A stretch of 64,000 nt of DNA from Camelus ferus (taxonomy: Eukaryota): the NCBI RefSeq assembly GCF_009834535.1, contig NC_045697.1, positions 19,160,001 through 19,224,000 of the forward strand. Reading direction: 5' to 3'. The notes under the pieces were generated by a model. That model was not told the DNA's origin, did no database searches, and saw only the letters and a program-made list of their open reading frames with translations. This document shows positions 37,201 to 52,100 of this stretch, piece after piece; positions within the stretch are counted from its first letter, which is position 1, and every line of letters begins with the position of its first letter. A program made the translations under genes and the position numbers.

Positions 37201-38479
37201 TAGAACTATGTATATAATTAGGTTGAAACAAATTTTGGATGGCTTCATACCCCTTAGTCTCTGTTAAAACATAATAATATGCAGTTGGACAATTGACTTA
37301 TAAAGTCAGTTTACCAGTATGATTTTGTGATTTCTTATATTTTTACAATAACTTCTATAGCTTGCTGGTCCCCATCAATTAGATCTGTTATCTAAAGTTT
37401 GTATATTTTAGGATGATTTTGGCTGCAAATAGTATAATACCTGAATTAAAGGAGTTTTAACAATTTTTAGGAGTTTAACTTTTGAAATTTGTGGTAAGTC
37501 TCAGATCAGATGGTTTCAAGGTTAGTTCAGAGGCTCAGTGATGTGCAGGGCTCTGTGTTAGCCTTTTTTCTTTTTGTTGGTTTTCTACTCATGTTTGGGA
37601 ATGGCCACAAAACTCCGAGTATTATATATTCTCCCATGATAACATCAAGAGTAAGGAGATTGAGGGATGTTACTCTCCTTTTATCTCTGTCTCTCTTTCT
37701 CTGTTTTATCAGAGACCCCAACATATATTACCAGATGTAAATTAAATATATAATAGATATTTTATAAAATAAATATAGTTAATAAACTTGTATGAGAATT
37801 TTAATCTCAGTAAGACTGAGAATCCCTGACTTAATTCTGTGTTGTTCTTGGGAATTATCAAACAGTGCTTTGGTGAATCTAGGTAACACTTTCCTTAGGA
37901 TAAAAGTTAAGAGAGAATATGAAAATGTATGTCAGAAGCTCTGATTAATTTGTAATTTTGTTTTTTAATATATTGGCCATATAAGGGAGCTAATTGGTAT
38001 GAAAAATATGTGAGGTAATCATACTCAATGGAATAACTTTATTAAATGTCAGATAAAATGTGCTTTTTTATTAAAGATAAAAAAGATGAAGAAAAATTAT
38101 TTTTAATTTTGCTATAGTAGTGTCATAATTTGTCTAACAATTCTCCTGTTGGCAGTTTGAGTAGTTTTAAATTTTTATTATTGGTACCAATATTGTAACG
38201 AAAGTTCTTGACCTTTTTATATAGTTCTGGGAGTGTTGCTGTATGATAAATTCTGAAAAGTGGAAATTCTGGGATAAAGACAACAAGCATTTAACATTTT
38301 AATTGACTTGCCAAAATTGCCCTCCAAAAAGGTTGTACTAATTTGTACTCTCACAGATGTATGAATGTGCCATTTCCCACACCTCCTGTACAGGCTGTTT
38401 TTTTTCCCCCAACAACTTTATTGGAGTATAATTGACCTACAATAAATTGCGTATACTTTTCCATGTGGTTACATTTCCA

Positions 38480-40312
38480 GCAATCTTTATTCCTTTATGA
38501 AGATTTCCATCTGATACCATTTTCCTTCTGTTTATAGGACTTTAAAAACATTTCTAATAGTATGGGACTTCTTGTGACAAACTCTTTTAGTGTTTGTATA
38601 TGTGAAAAAGGTTTTATTTTGCCTTCATATTTGAAAGATACTTTTGCTAGGTAAGAATTGTAAGTTAACAGTTATTTCTTTTATACTTTGTGCTGTTGAA
38701 GTGTTCCCTGGGTTGTATGGTGTCTGATGAAAAGTGTTGTCCTCCTTGTCTTTGTCCCCCTTACTTAATGTGCCTTTTCCCTTCCTCAGAGTTGCTTTTA
38801 AGACACTCTATGTCTCTCATTTTAAGCTATTTGACTATGACTTAGATTGCTGTAGTTTCCTTTGTGTCTCTCGTCTTGAGGTTTATTGACCTTGTGGAAT
38901 CTGTGGGTTATAGTTTTAATAAAATCTGGACAAATTTTGACCATCATTTCTTCAAATACATCTTTTGTCATTCCTTGGCTTCTCAGGGACTCCAGTTACA
39001 CCTATGTTAGGCTGTCTAAAGTTTTCCCACAGCTCATTATCTAATTTCGATACTTTCTGATGCTTATTGTATTTAAGTTTGCTGATGTTTTAGTTTGCTG
39101 TATTTAGTCAGTCAGTAATCTCATTTGATATTTTTCATATATTTTATTGGAATTTTCATGTTTAGAATTTTGATTTGGGTCTTGCAAATTTTTTTTTAAT
39201 CTTACATGTCTCCATTAACATGCTTCATATTTACCCTAACTTCTTTTTTCCCCATCTTAGTATTTATCCTAACTTCCTCATTTTTCCCTGCCTTAGTATT
39301 TACCCTAACTTCCTTTTTCCCCCATCACTATATTGCCTTTCCCTTCTTCCCTCTCCCCACTGGGAACCACTAGTTCATTCTCTGCATCTGTGGTCTGTTT
39401 CTTAAATACCTAGAATATAGCTGCAATAACTGTTTTACTATCTTTGTTCACTAATTCTCTCACATGTGCCATTTCTGGGTTGGTTTTGATTGACTTTTAC
39501 TCTCATTTGGGGTTTTATTTTTCTGTATTTTAGCATGTTTGATAGTTTTCACTAGATGCCAGACATTGTTGATTTTACCTTGTTGGATCCTGAATATTTT
39601 GCATTCCTATAAATGTTCTTAAGCTTTGTGGACAGAGTTAAGTTACTTGGAAACAGTTTAATACCTTTGGCTGGTACTTACAAGCTTTTATAGGTAGGGC
39701 CAATGTAGAGTTTAGTCTAGGGTTAATATCCCCAGGGCTTAGGCAAAATCCTTTTTGGTATTCTACCTGGTGACCCACAAATTATGAGGTTTTCCACTTT
39801 GTCTTGGAACAAGCACCATTCCCTGCCCTGTGTAATTTTTAGGGATTTTCTTCAGTTCTTTTGCATGTCCTTTTTCCTTGGCTTGCTGTAGCTTCCTTGC
39901 ATGCATGAGCTAATCAATAGTCAGCTAAAACCCAAGGCACCCCTCCTAGATGTCCAGGCTTCTCTCTCTGTGCAGCTCACGCTTCTCTGGTACTTAGTCC
40001 TAGACTCTCTAGCCTCCCTTGGTCTCCCCAGCCTTCCAGTTTCATCTCTTCAGCTTCAGAGAACTGCCAGTCTCTGCCTGGATTCTCTCTTCCTGCACCT
40101 TATTCTGGAAGTTCTCTCCAGGAACAAATTTAGGTCAGTCATAGGGCATGCTTTGTTTCTTGTCTTCCAGGGATCACTGTAGTTTGTTGCCTGATGTTCA
40201 GTGTCTTGAAAACTGTCGTTGTGCATTATTTTCTCTGTTTTTTTTAGTTGTTTTGAAGAAGGATGGTAAATCTGGTCTCTGTAATTTAATTTTGGCAGAA
40301 AGTATAAGTTCT
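38480..40312 (-). mobile_element. Ancient L1M (L1MC-type) ORF1/5' region remnant
   Basis: Degenerate L1M motifs (tttattttgccttcatatttgaaagatacttttgctagg, catttcttcaaata, tcagggactccagttaca, ggcagaaagtataagttc). Confidence 0.65.
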
Positions 40313-43300
40313 GACTTACTAAATTTTAGCAAATAAAAAACAGGAGATTTTTTATTTGTTACATCTTGAATGCTTATCATTACTTAAAGAGAATTTCACA
40401 TATTGTTAAATCTGAATGACTCACCTTATATATTATTGATGTTATGCTGATTGGATATTAGTTTATGTCATCTTATGAGTATTGATCACACAATTCATGT
40501 GCAAGAAAGACATTTAAGTAAGTCTTTGGGTATTTAAAGCTCTGGTATTTGAGACCAAATTCTAATGGTAGATTTTGGCCAGAGACTAAGGTCGAAACTT
40601 GACTTTGGTATCTTTAGTTGCCATGGTACCTACCTGTTTTAACTCCAATAAAAGCAACAAATTTTTACCATATATTTGTAAAGCTATGCTCCCTTCTTCA
40701 TCTTCATAGCTTTATGAGGTAGTTTTTACCTCACAAATGAGAACACAGGAGATAAGTCATTTGACTCTTATTTTGGTGTTCTTTATAATAACAGTACAGT
40801 ACTTTTTTTTTTTTAATTAGTGGACAGACTGATGTTGAATCATGGGTAATTTTGTTAGAGATTTTTGGATTATAATCAATAATAATCTTTAAGAGTAATC
40901 ATGATATAGATCATGCATTGGTTTCTGTAAAACAAATGGCAGGCAAACTTCATTTCATAAAAACACTGTGTTTTACAAGTTTCTTTGTAAATTAGTTGTT
41001 TGACTCTGTCATTTGTCATCTCTATCAACTGATCAGTCAATGCACTAGTGTCATAAATAATGGCTAAATTCTACAGTTGTTTTTAAAAAGGCCATGGTCT
41101 GTCTTAAATGGTGTTGACAGTAATTGTGAAGCCAGTTGACTCTTGAGCTTTTCTGAGAACAGAATTGAAAGGAGGTCATCGGTGGATTTATTGTAGGTAA
41201 ACTGGGGATTGACTGATGGGTTTTGATGTTGGAAGCTCAGGGAATGGGATTAAGGGCTGAAATGGTACTATAGCAACACTGCAGGGAGTTACAGTGCTCA
41301 CTGCGGAGTGCTGCAGTGCTCACAGGAGGTGAGCAGAAGTGTAAAGTTATGCTTGTGTTAAAGTGTAGAAACTAAACAGATTAGCTTGAAATTTTCATTA
41401 GCGTAGAATTTACATGTTTGAATTTAGGATCAGAGGAAATTTTTTTAAGGTAAAGGTAAAAATAATTTACCTTTTCCCCCCATTCTTTCATGAAAACACA
41501 TTCCAATTTGCCTGTGTTTTTGTGTCAGTGTCATCACCACCTTAGATGAAAAGATGAAAGTTACTAAAGCAAGGAATGTCAGTACCAGCCTCTAACTAAC
41601 ACTGGTTACGGCATCTCGTGTGCTGGGTTCCAGTCAAGTTTGATAATTGCTGCTCTCTGTAGATTTGATTCTTAGATCAGTGATTATCAGCTGATGTTTT
41701 GTAGTATCTCAGACTGTGTTCAGTTACTTTAAGAAATGGTATACAGTGTGCAAATCAAGGCAAAAATCAAAAAAAAATAAATGATTTACATGGAATAGCT
41801 GACATTGAGTGTTTACTGTATACCCAAGCACCATTCTTTACACTTCATATGAAATAAATTAATTTTTGCAACCCTTTGACTTATGACTTTTATTACTATT
41901 TTGCTCATGAGAAAACAGAAGCATAGAGCATAAAGTAACTTAAGGTCATACAACAAATAATAGATTTGGGATATCTGTGTGGTCTGTGAGTCCTTGCTCA
42001 CAACCATTGTGCTGTTTACTTTAACAATTTTGGGATGAAGAGAGAAACATGGGCAGCTCATGCTTAATTAGCATGTTATCACTTCTGAGAGTTTGGGAAT
42101 CAATGCATTTTTATAGAACATCTAGATTAGGATGGTGGTGAAGAACATAAACTTTGGAATTCTTCAAAATTTACTTCCAGTATTAGGTCTCCTGAATAGC
42201 TGTACAAAGTAGAATAAATTGCTAACCCTCTCCTGGCCTTAGCTTTTTCATCTTTAAAAGTGAGAATAATGGTAGTTACCTTTCTTGTTATGCATTATTT
42301 CCCCTGAGACATTATACTAACCTATTTTAGTAGTATTTTCAAGACAGGAAGACCCTGCAGGTTTTTTCAAGGAGCTCATCTGCTTTAACCAGCTCACATG
42401 TCAGACCTTGGACACTGTTGTTTTGATGACAGGTGTCCCTTGGGAAAGTTCCTGCTTATGTTGTCAGTGAAAAGGCTGTGGTTTTCCTCTCCATCTCTGT
42501 TGTGTATTTTGTTTCAGAATATCTGAAATGGTACTTTAAGAGTATTGGTCAATCTTATCTTTATAAATGTCTGATATTCCCCAAAATGTGTATTAAACCA
42601 ATCAAAATAGTCAGGGTGAAACTCACTTGTTTAGGCTTTACACTTTAACAGAAATCACATTGATATATAAAAATCACTCAAAATACTCTTATTGTCTCAT
42701 ACTTCTATGCACTATGAATGCATTTTAATTTAATCTTCATAACCATGTGTAGTAGACAATTTTATTTTCCTCACTGTACAGAGGAGAAAATATGAGGCAA
42801 AAGAGAACATAAGTAATGGAGTCAGATTTTGAATATAGTCTGTCAGATTCCAGAGTCCGAGTGCTTAACTGTGATGATAAATCACCTCTCCTGGGTTTTG
42901 AAGTCTTAAAATTACGTATTTAAATTTAAAAAGGGAAACACAGGTTTATCATTGTTATATCATGGAAATCAGGGCAAGGTTTGTGTAGCCCAGGCCTTCT
43001 GAGGAACTGAAACTGGGAATTTGTGAAGAACCAAGGCTGTTCTGTGCTGTTTCTTTCTATCTCTGTGCTCACGTCTGTCTCTTTCATATTTTCTCTCTCT
43101 GCTTATTGGCTTCCTCCCTTCCCCTCACCACCTGGCCCATCTTGACCGCTCATAAAATGGTACCTTCAACGGAGTGTCATTATCACTCAAAAAATCCAGA
43201 ACCGTGGCCAAGTGACCTAATGTTTCATGGTCTGATTTGTAGTTTCTTGTGAGATAGAATCCTTTCATCCTGGTCAGGCTCTGGATTGTTTCCTTCTGTG

Positions 43301-43619
43301 TCAAGTGTCTGCCCTTTGATCACATAGCCATAGCAGTGAGTGATAGGTCAAAGGAGGGGTGACTGGCATTCAGAGATCCACACTAATGTTGGTAGGAGTT
43401 CTCAGGGAAGGAGGTAGAGGCTGAATATAGAGTCTCAAAATATTTCTATACTAGTATGTATCAGATTTTATTAAAGCAGTATCAAAAAATAACTGCACAA
43501 ATACAAGATACAAATATAAATACAAATGCAATAAACCTAAAACATAAGCAGTAAAAATAAATACAAGAAATAACAGCACAAATATAAAACACAAGTATAA
43601 AATGCAAATGTTACAGGTG

Positions 43620-44032
43620 CAAGGAACTGAAATCAGCTTATCATTTAAAAGGTAACTGCCTTCAAGTTTATTAAAGTCAAGGAAAGACTGATGGAACTAT
43701 TCTAAATTTAAGGAGACTAAAGGGACATGTGGACTAAATATAACACATGGTCCTAGATTGAATCCTTTTGCTACAAAGAATATCATTGAGGCAACTGGAG
43801 AAATTATATGTGTTCTGTGGATTAGACAGTATGGAGTAGAGAGTATCAGTGTTAATTTCCTAATTTTTGTGGTCATGCCATGACTATATAGTATAACATT
43901 ATGTTTATAGGAAAACATGATGAATTATTCAGTGGTAATGAGACAACATGCTTATAATTTATTCTCAAATGATTCAGAGGGTGAGGGGGAGCTTTTTGTT
44001 GTTATGCAACTTTTGAGAGTATTTCAAAATAA
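43620..44032 (+). mobile_element. Old L1M (L1MC4/ME-type) 3' end
   Basis: aaggaaagactga…aaggagactaaagggacatg…tatcagtgttaatttcctaattttt…tttcaaaataaaaag. Confidence 0.6.
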
Positions 44033-46948
44033 AAAGTAACTTTCTGAAACTGAATATGTAGTTTCTATAATGTACCAGAAGATCTGAGTGAATGTTTTTG
44101 AAAAGATAATTCAGTAGTCATGTATTATTGAGCACTCCTTTATTTGTGTCATCAATTCAGGCTTTCTACAGTAGGTTTGCAGAATAGGATATGTTTCCCA
44201 AAGAACTCTACATTATTTGCTGTACATTATTTGAAGACTTACTTCATTGGATTTCAGAATCTATTTTCAGATCTCTTAATTCATGGATTTCAGTGAATAA
44301 GAAGTATTTGTCATTTGCTCATGAGTTTTCAGTTACAGGTGATTCTTTTAAGAATTTCTCTACTAGCCTGCCTTATTTCTAAAATTTGCAATTTTCTGTA
44401 AAGTTTTAGAAAAGTTTGAGCAGTCACAGTGTTCTGCACTTCTGTAGTATATTGGGAAGAGGGTTTAATGGACACTGATGGTTTTTAGTGTATTTGGTTT
44501 AGTTAAATATTTTCCAACATTTCAATATAAAGTGATTCTAATTGTAGTGTTTTCTAATTATATTTTGTGATCAGATGTTGAAGATAGATGAGATATAAAA
44601 TATACTTTTATGTTTTATGAATATATTTTTGTGTTATCTTGGGACTTGTGTTTTAAAACAGAAGTAAGTATATATTAATGTTTAAATGATAATTCCAGGG
44701 AAAATATAATTTGGTGTATTTATTGTTTTCACCCAACTTTCTTAGGAGCCAGACAGTCCTTTTACATAAGCAAGTACACTATAGATATCTTTATAAGCTT
44801 TTTTAAAATTTCCTTTTTTGATATCTTAATTATTTTATTTTGTTAATCACGTATTTTGGTAGATATTTATACACTTCTTCTGGGCTCTCAAAAAAAAATA
44901 GTTCAGTAGCTAGGATGTGACATCAGTTTATATATGATAATTAGCTTTATTTTCTGAAATATTTGATCCTAAAACCACAGAACTCTACTTCTGGATTCTT
45001 TGTGTTCATGTGGTGAAAAGAATTTCCTAGGACATTGTTTTTTTAAATGTATCACATAAATGAAACAGTTTCCATTTGTTCCAACTGACTGGACCATTTC
45101 CAAGACAGGCTTCCTCTCCGCTCTCTCAGTCATCATGTTTTTCAATCTAGAATTTCTCTCTAGCTCTTGGATCTATTCCAAAATAGGGGCAGTTTCTGAG
45201 CATCTCAGTGGCAATGATTTTTTCCAGGTATATCTACAGGATTCTGAAAAGATTGGTCAGGAAGAGGAAGAGGGATGGGCAGAAATAGGGAAATAGACAT
45301 AGGAGGAGTGGAGGCAGTGAGGCAGGCCCCTTTAAAGATAACTTTAAAAGGAGGCATTTAGAAAAAAAGAGTAAGACACTGTTTAAAACAGCAGAAAATG
45401 TAAGTGCTAGAGTAGACCTTCTAGATGAATGCTTTTCAAATTACCTGTGAGGGGCCAGGTTTTTCATTTTCAGTTCATTATGAATAGGACCTACATGGTA
45501 AGTACATTTGCCACTTACTTGAGTCAAATTCTTTGAAAACATTGTCTAATTGCTATAAAAGTTTCTAAATTCTGAAATTCCTCCACTTGTCTGTATGCTG
45601 TACACTGGTGTCAGTTTGCTGACTGACAGTAGGCTGCAGACCACATGCTGAGTGGTGGTGTTTTCCCTAAAACCTTGTTTCTTCATTTTGCACCCAAGGT
45701 TATTTAGCTAAGAAAAGTGAAATGATTTTCTCTATTTTAATACAACTATAAAATTTTTCTTTTTTTAGTTTCAGTAGAGGATAACTCTACTCAAAAGCAA
45801 CATTTGGTCTTTTGTCTGATGATAATATTCATTGTGTGTATATAAAAGTCAGAAAAATACGCCTTTAGGGTTTGGGGCTATATAAGATTCTCACTTTCTG
45901 CATTACGGATTTCTGAAATAATCTTGTGTGTGATCTTATACTTTTGGAATCAGAAAAAAATCAATAAAGATGCGAAGCAAAACAAGAAACATCAGAAATA
46001 CTGAGACAGAAAAAGCGTAATAATAAAAAAAACAGTATTAGTTTCATAAAATTAAAGTAATGGGTTAATATGGGGAAAGCATCAAAAGATAAGGCCTAAA
46101 AGATTGTCAGGGATGGGGTTGGGAAATGGTATGTAATTCATAAAAAGAAGTTTGCATTTTATTTGGTAGACAATGGGGAGCAATTGAGGAATTTTATATA
46201 ATGAAGTAATACAGAGTAGGTTGGTTTGTAGCAAGAAAATTTTAGTGTTTTCTCTCTCTATATATTTTAAAGTAAGATTAAGAGGATCTACTTCAGTTTT
46301 GTAAAATACTTTAGTTTTAAACACTGTAATTGAGCTGTAAATAATGACTTAAAAGATAGGAGAACATAGAAATAATGATGCAGAAATTGAGATTAGCATT
46401 TATTGTGTTCTGAAATACCCTGTCACTAAAAATTTAGTAAAAATGTATAATATTGAGGTAGTATATGATGCTGTTGAGCATAACTGTACTGCTTGGGTTG
46501 GAAACTCATCTCTGATGTTCATTGTTTTTTCAACTTTGGACAAATTCCTTAACTTCTTTGGATCTTGGTTTTCTCATCTATAAAACGGTGATACATAATA
46601 CTTTCCTTATAGAACTGTCATGAAGTTAAATGACTTCTCTCCCAGTGTGTGTGTGTGTATGTGTGTGTGTATAGATAGGACATATTTATCATATAATGTA
46701 GAATAGTACCTGATAAATAATGAACATTAAACAGGTACTTTTACTGCTGTTGTTGCTGTGGTTAGAAGGCATCGCATTAAGCAAATTTCATAAACTTGTA
46801 AGAATAACGTGAGTATAAAATACCAACAATGTACCAGTTATTATCTGAAAATCACCAACCACTGGATTTCAAATTTTATTTCTTTCTGTTTTATAAAGAA
46901 GAAAATAGTGAATTTAAGTATACTTAACTTAGTGTGCTCTCTTTATAG

Positions 46949-47122
<174 letters not shown>

Positions 47123-47754
47123 TAACTCACTAATTGCAAAAAACCAAAAAATCAAATAACATTTCTCTGAGGATATTTATATTTTAGTAAATAATTGTTC
47201 CATTTTTGATTTTGAAATATGGTTTTCATTTTTCTTAGGATTTATTGAGGGTCAGCCTGTCAGATAATTTAATACCTTATACTAGAATAAATAAGATAAT
47301 GCATGTCTTAGAGCTTAAAGTTGTAGAGCATTGTTTCATCTGTTAAATGGCATTATTGTAAAAGATTTATCAAATAAACATATGGATCCCAAAGTTTTCT
47401 TTTCACTTAAGGAAAACAGTTCCTAAAGTCTTTAGAAGGCACAGAAGTTTTAAGCCTTTCCTTAAGTAAACCCTTTATGAAGTTTTCTAATAGCGCATGA
47501 TAGAGTTGTGTAATTTACATTTTATCCCTTTTTCAACTTGTAAGTCCTCAAGCTGTCTTATGCATAGCAGTTGTTTAGGGCCGGAAAAATGTATGACCTA
47601 AAACCTTAACTTGATCCCTAATACTAGAAAACTGCTTAAAAAAAAAAGTCTGTTAAGCTTTTTTTTTTTTTGTAACAGAGTCAACCAAGATGTCTTTTTC
47701 TAATGTTTCTAATCTTTTATCAAAGTCAAGCAATTATGTTGTAGCATGTATTTT

Positions 47755-47893
47755 TTCAAATTTTAATATTTTTTAGGGGGGGTAGGTAATTAGTTTTGTT
47801 TATTTATTTATTTTTAGTGGAGGTAGTGGGGATTGAACCCAGGACCTCATGCATGCTAAGCACGTGCTCTACCACTGAGCTATACCCTCCCCC
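47755..47893 (-). mobile_element. Complete tRNA-Ala-derived SINE (camelid Vic-1-like)
   Basis: Minus strand reads gggggagggtatagctcagtggtagagcacgtgcttagcatgcatgaggtcctgggttcaatccccactacctcc, followed by a (TAAA)n tail. TSD tgtagcat(g/a)tatttt at 47740-47754 and 47894-47908. Confidence 0.93.
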
Positions 47894-48477
47894 TGTAGCA
47901 TATATTTTACTCTGCAAATTTGAGTAATGAAATGAGATTAAAAAGAAGCTGGGGGTAGATTACCAAGTAAGAGTATGAAGAAATAATAATGTTTACTAGA
48001 CTGTCAGTGGTAACATTTGGGAAACTATTCCATTAATGTTCAGTATTTTTATTAATGTAGAAGGTTTATAGCTTGTTTACATTTTTGTTTTCACTTTTTA
48101 AAAGAGGCATCTGATGAAATACTCCGAGAAGAAGAAAAAGAAAGAAGGAAAAAATACCGCTGACTTCAATGAAAGATACATAAACTTAAAAAATATCTGT
48201 CTTTTCATTTCCCTTCCCCATACCATTTTAGTGTAATATGAACGTGGGTAGGAATAGGAATAAATGAGTATAAATTTCATGCAGGAAAGTGCTAGAATGG
48301 TTGAAAACTCAGTAAGACAGTCTGCTTATATGAGAACTCAGCACTGTGTAGGTATTAGTAAAGGACTGAGAAACCCATCATGGAGTCTGTTGCTACTAGT
48401 GTATTTTAAATTCGGGGTTTGTGGTAAGTTGAATGGCGCCCACTTAACTATGTTTGAATGGAGAAGAAAAGATTTGA

Positions 48478-49110
48478 CCACTTCTCACTACCTGTTGTGC
48501 CACCACCCTGCTTCAGCCCCCATCTCTTTCCTGGATAATTGCAGTGGCTGCCTAGGGATTTCCCTGTGTATACTTGTGTTCTTCACTTAGCAGAGTAATC
48601 TACTTAAAATATAAATCAAATTTGCTCGTAGTCTGTATTGGCTCAGAGTAAAAGCCAGAATCTTTACAAAGATCTGTAAGGCTCTACATGATCTGCCCTC
48701 CACATACCCTCTTCTCTTCCTTTTCATGTCCTGTCCGTCCCTCTCACTGTGCTCTGTCCCAGCTGGACTCCTTACTATTCTGCAGCTGCAGGAATGCTGA
48801 TGTCCTCTTGGCTAACTCCCTTAACTCTTTTATTACCTCAGTGCTTTTTCTCTCCCTGAGGCCTGCTCTGACAACTCCATTTAAAATTGCAGACCACACC
48901 CTCCCCACCGCCTTTGTTTTTTGGCACTCTTGTTGATCTCTCTTCCTCAGCTTCACACTTTTTCCATGTCCTGTATCACATTCTAAGATACAATACATTT
49001 GACTTATTTGTTATGTTTATCTCCCTTCTCTCCAAGGCCCCCCGAGAATGTAAGTCTCAGAGAGTAGGGGTGGGGAAGAGTTTTTGTCTATTTTATGTAT
49101 TATTCTGTCC
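48478..49110 (+). mobile_element. L2 remnant
   Basis: ccacttctcactacc…ctggataattgcagtggctgccta…cagagtaatc…ctcagagtaaaagccagaatctttaca…gaatgtaag are L2 3' motifs. Confidence 0.65.
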
Positions 49111-52100
49111 CAAATTTGAGAGGATTCTGCCCTCAAATCCCATTTTGATTTCCCACCCTCATGTGTTTTGGGAATCTTTTGTGATTTATGAGAATGTTTG
49201 TTTGGTTTTAGCTTAGCCCCTTATATCTCTTTTCCCCTAGGCTTTCGCCTTAATTCCTGCCTCCTAAAATTTTACCATTGTGATGGTGAAAAGATTTCCC
49301 CCTAAGTCTTTAAAGAATTGGCCTCAGTTATCTGCTCTGTGCTTCTTTTTCTCCTAACCCCAGCCTCTCATACAACCTTCTTAGGTGATCAGGGCTTGGG
49401 AGGAGTAGTCTTAGGGCATCCCGCTGAAACAGCAGCAAGAGAAGGAAGCGCTGGGTGAAATAAACTGCTACCAGAAGCTTTACAGTAACCTAATTGATTT
49501 TCCTAGTATCATTTCTCTCAATTGATTTTACCGTGTCACACACTTTATTTGTTAAAGGGCTCATGTAAAGGCAGGGCATTATTGCTGGACCAGTGGTTCT
49601 AAAGTCATAGCCTGGAGGTGTCTCAGGGACAAGTCATGATAAATGTGTAGTTCTGGTTTCATCTGGTGTATTTTATTTCTGTTTAAGATTTCTCCTGGGA
49701 AAGAGAAATTCTTCTGAAAAGGTTTGGAAACTGCTTGTAGAGAGATTAAAATGCAACAATATGTCATTTAAATATTTAATTTAAATTTAAAATTCAGTTG
49801 AATATGATTACAGATACATGCACAGGCACACACACATATGTTTGTACACACAAACATGCAGTCATACTTTGCCCATCATTGTTGTCTCCATTGCCTAGAG
49901 CAGTGCCTTACTTACTTTGATACTCAGTAAATATTTGTTGAATGAATGTACAATGCCTGATGAGCATTGGATACTCAGTAATTCAGTTCATCAAATAGTT
50001 TGAGTACAAGCATTTCTGCTGTAATGAAGTATATGCATTCCTGAAAAACTTGCACTTTGTAAAATTATGAACTTAAAAATTAGAGTGTATGGAAGAAATT
50101 GGGTTGAAGCAGACTACTCAAAACCTATGCAGGTTTGTAATCAGAACACTAACAATATTAATAAAAATACTAGCACAGGTACAAAAAGATGTGTTAAATT
50201 CCTAATCAGTAAATACTACAGTATATTATAGAACTTTACCTTAAAAAAGTAAGTAAATATGACCTACTAGAAGGAGATACTGAGGTTGCTAAATTTAAGA
50301 AGGGCAACATGCACAAAAATAAGAGCTGAGCAACAAGCATTTCTAAGACAGAGGCTGTGGCCAGATTGAACTAAGAGGAGGAAGGAATGGTGAGCAGACA
50401 TATCGTGTTCATAGGTTTGCTGTCTTGGTGGTCTTTATACTTTGTATTCATTTACTGTTACTTGGTGATGTAGAATGATAACACCTGAGGAAAAGTCACT
50501 GGTGAACTGATGTGACTTTTATATTAACATGATCCCTTTTTACCAGTTGCAGGTAAGCTAATTCATGCTTATCTATTATGAACTAAGCAGGCATTAGATC
50601 CTAAGTATTAAAGATGAGCTAAATGCATCTCTGGGCTATAAGGAGTGAGTAGCTGAGTGGGAAGAACAAAGTAAACAAATACTTGCAACATACGTGATGT
50701 GTACAGTAATAGAAGTAAGTGTCAGATATGGAGATAGCCCACTGGAAGGACTAAAGAACTCTCTGGTAGGATAGTACCCAGAAGGTAGTGTTTGCCATAG
50801 GCTGTTAGGGTCGACCAGGAGTTCTGGAAGGGAATAAGGAGCTAGACCATAAATGGTAACCCCCTTATAGCTCCTTCATCAGTTACCTGAAAATGTGCTG
50901 GAAGTGGAGGTAGCACACTACAGGAAGTGTGTGGGCTTTCAAGCTGTGCAAATTTAAATCCTGGCCCTTCTGTTTGTGAAGATTAAGACGTTTGGCACAT
51001 TTAAAAATTCGCTTATAGGATGCAATTCTTGTGTGATATAAATGAGTAATGTAATGAAACTGCCTGGCATAATTCCTGGCCATACCAGGTAGGCACTTAT
51101 TAAGTGTTGACTTACTTATCTTGTAAAGATGCTGAATGAACTAAAATGTTCAGCTCTAAAGTTTTTAAGGTTTTTGATTCAGTCTTATAATATTCATCAA
51201 TAAAATGGACAGGTATATTTGGCTGAATACTCATGATTGTAGTGTGCAATTCTCTGGAGAGTGAAATGTACCTGAGATCTTTATGGAATGTTGTCATTGG
51301 GGGGAGAGTAAAATTATGTTCCTCAGAAATTGATCTTGATCTCATACAGAAAAACTTCAAAATGACCTGAATGTACTTTTGTGTGTGTGTGTGTTTGTGA
51401 GAATTCTTGGTTAGTTTGTATATGGCAACAGTCCAATGCAAATGAAAGCCATTTTAAAAACTAGTATTAGATTTCAGACAGATTTCTATTAACTGGATCA
51501 GTTGTAAAAATTATTGAATGCAGCAAAGGAAAATATAGATAGAAAATTATTGGTTATGTATAAGATTTAGGGACCACAGTAGATAAAAAACTGATTAAGT
51601 AATGTACTGTTTTTAAAAATGATAACTCATTGAGTTAAATAGTTATTATAACATGTGACAGCTATGAGGTAATCTTTCCATCCTGTTCAGCACGGGTCTT
51701 ATCTTACCTAAGGTCACTGTGTAATTTTGGGCTTTACAAATTGAACAGACATTTGGAAAATTTGCAGGGGGTTTATTATTGGTTTTTGTTGTTGTTAGAA
51801 ATTTAAAGGAACTGAAATTGCCTGAGAGAATGAAAAATGCAGGCATTTAATACTGGTTGTTTTCAAGTGTATATAAAGCCTAGCTCTAGAGAAATGACCA
51901 AAGTGTTTTCTTTCTGTTTAGGAAAGCAAAAATGTAAATGGTACATAGAAGGAAATATAAAGGAAAAGAATTCCTGACCTATGGGTGTTAAGTTTCTAAA
52001 AGTAAGGAGGATTATGACTGTTTCCTTTATATAGATCCTTAATATTGATACAGATTTTCTTCAGAGTGTGAAAGTTTAAGTTGAACTCTAATCTTAATGA

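Larger units (their letters stand above)
6664..46948 (+). other. STIM2: STIM2 intron between the two exons (40,285 bp, GT-AG, phase 0)
   Basis: Bounded by GT at 6664 and AG at 46947-46948. The two exon peptides join with no gap in the STIM2 sequence. Confidence 0.93.

Noticed and set aside
43485..43612. Degenerate (AAATAC/AAATAT)n array
   Set aside because: Ordinary decayed A-rich simple repeat beside an old L1M, with no repeat-spacer structure.
47818..47893. Functional tRNA-Ala gene
   Set aside because: It has a SINE tail and TSD, an imperfect acceptor stem, and dispersed copies in the window.
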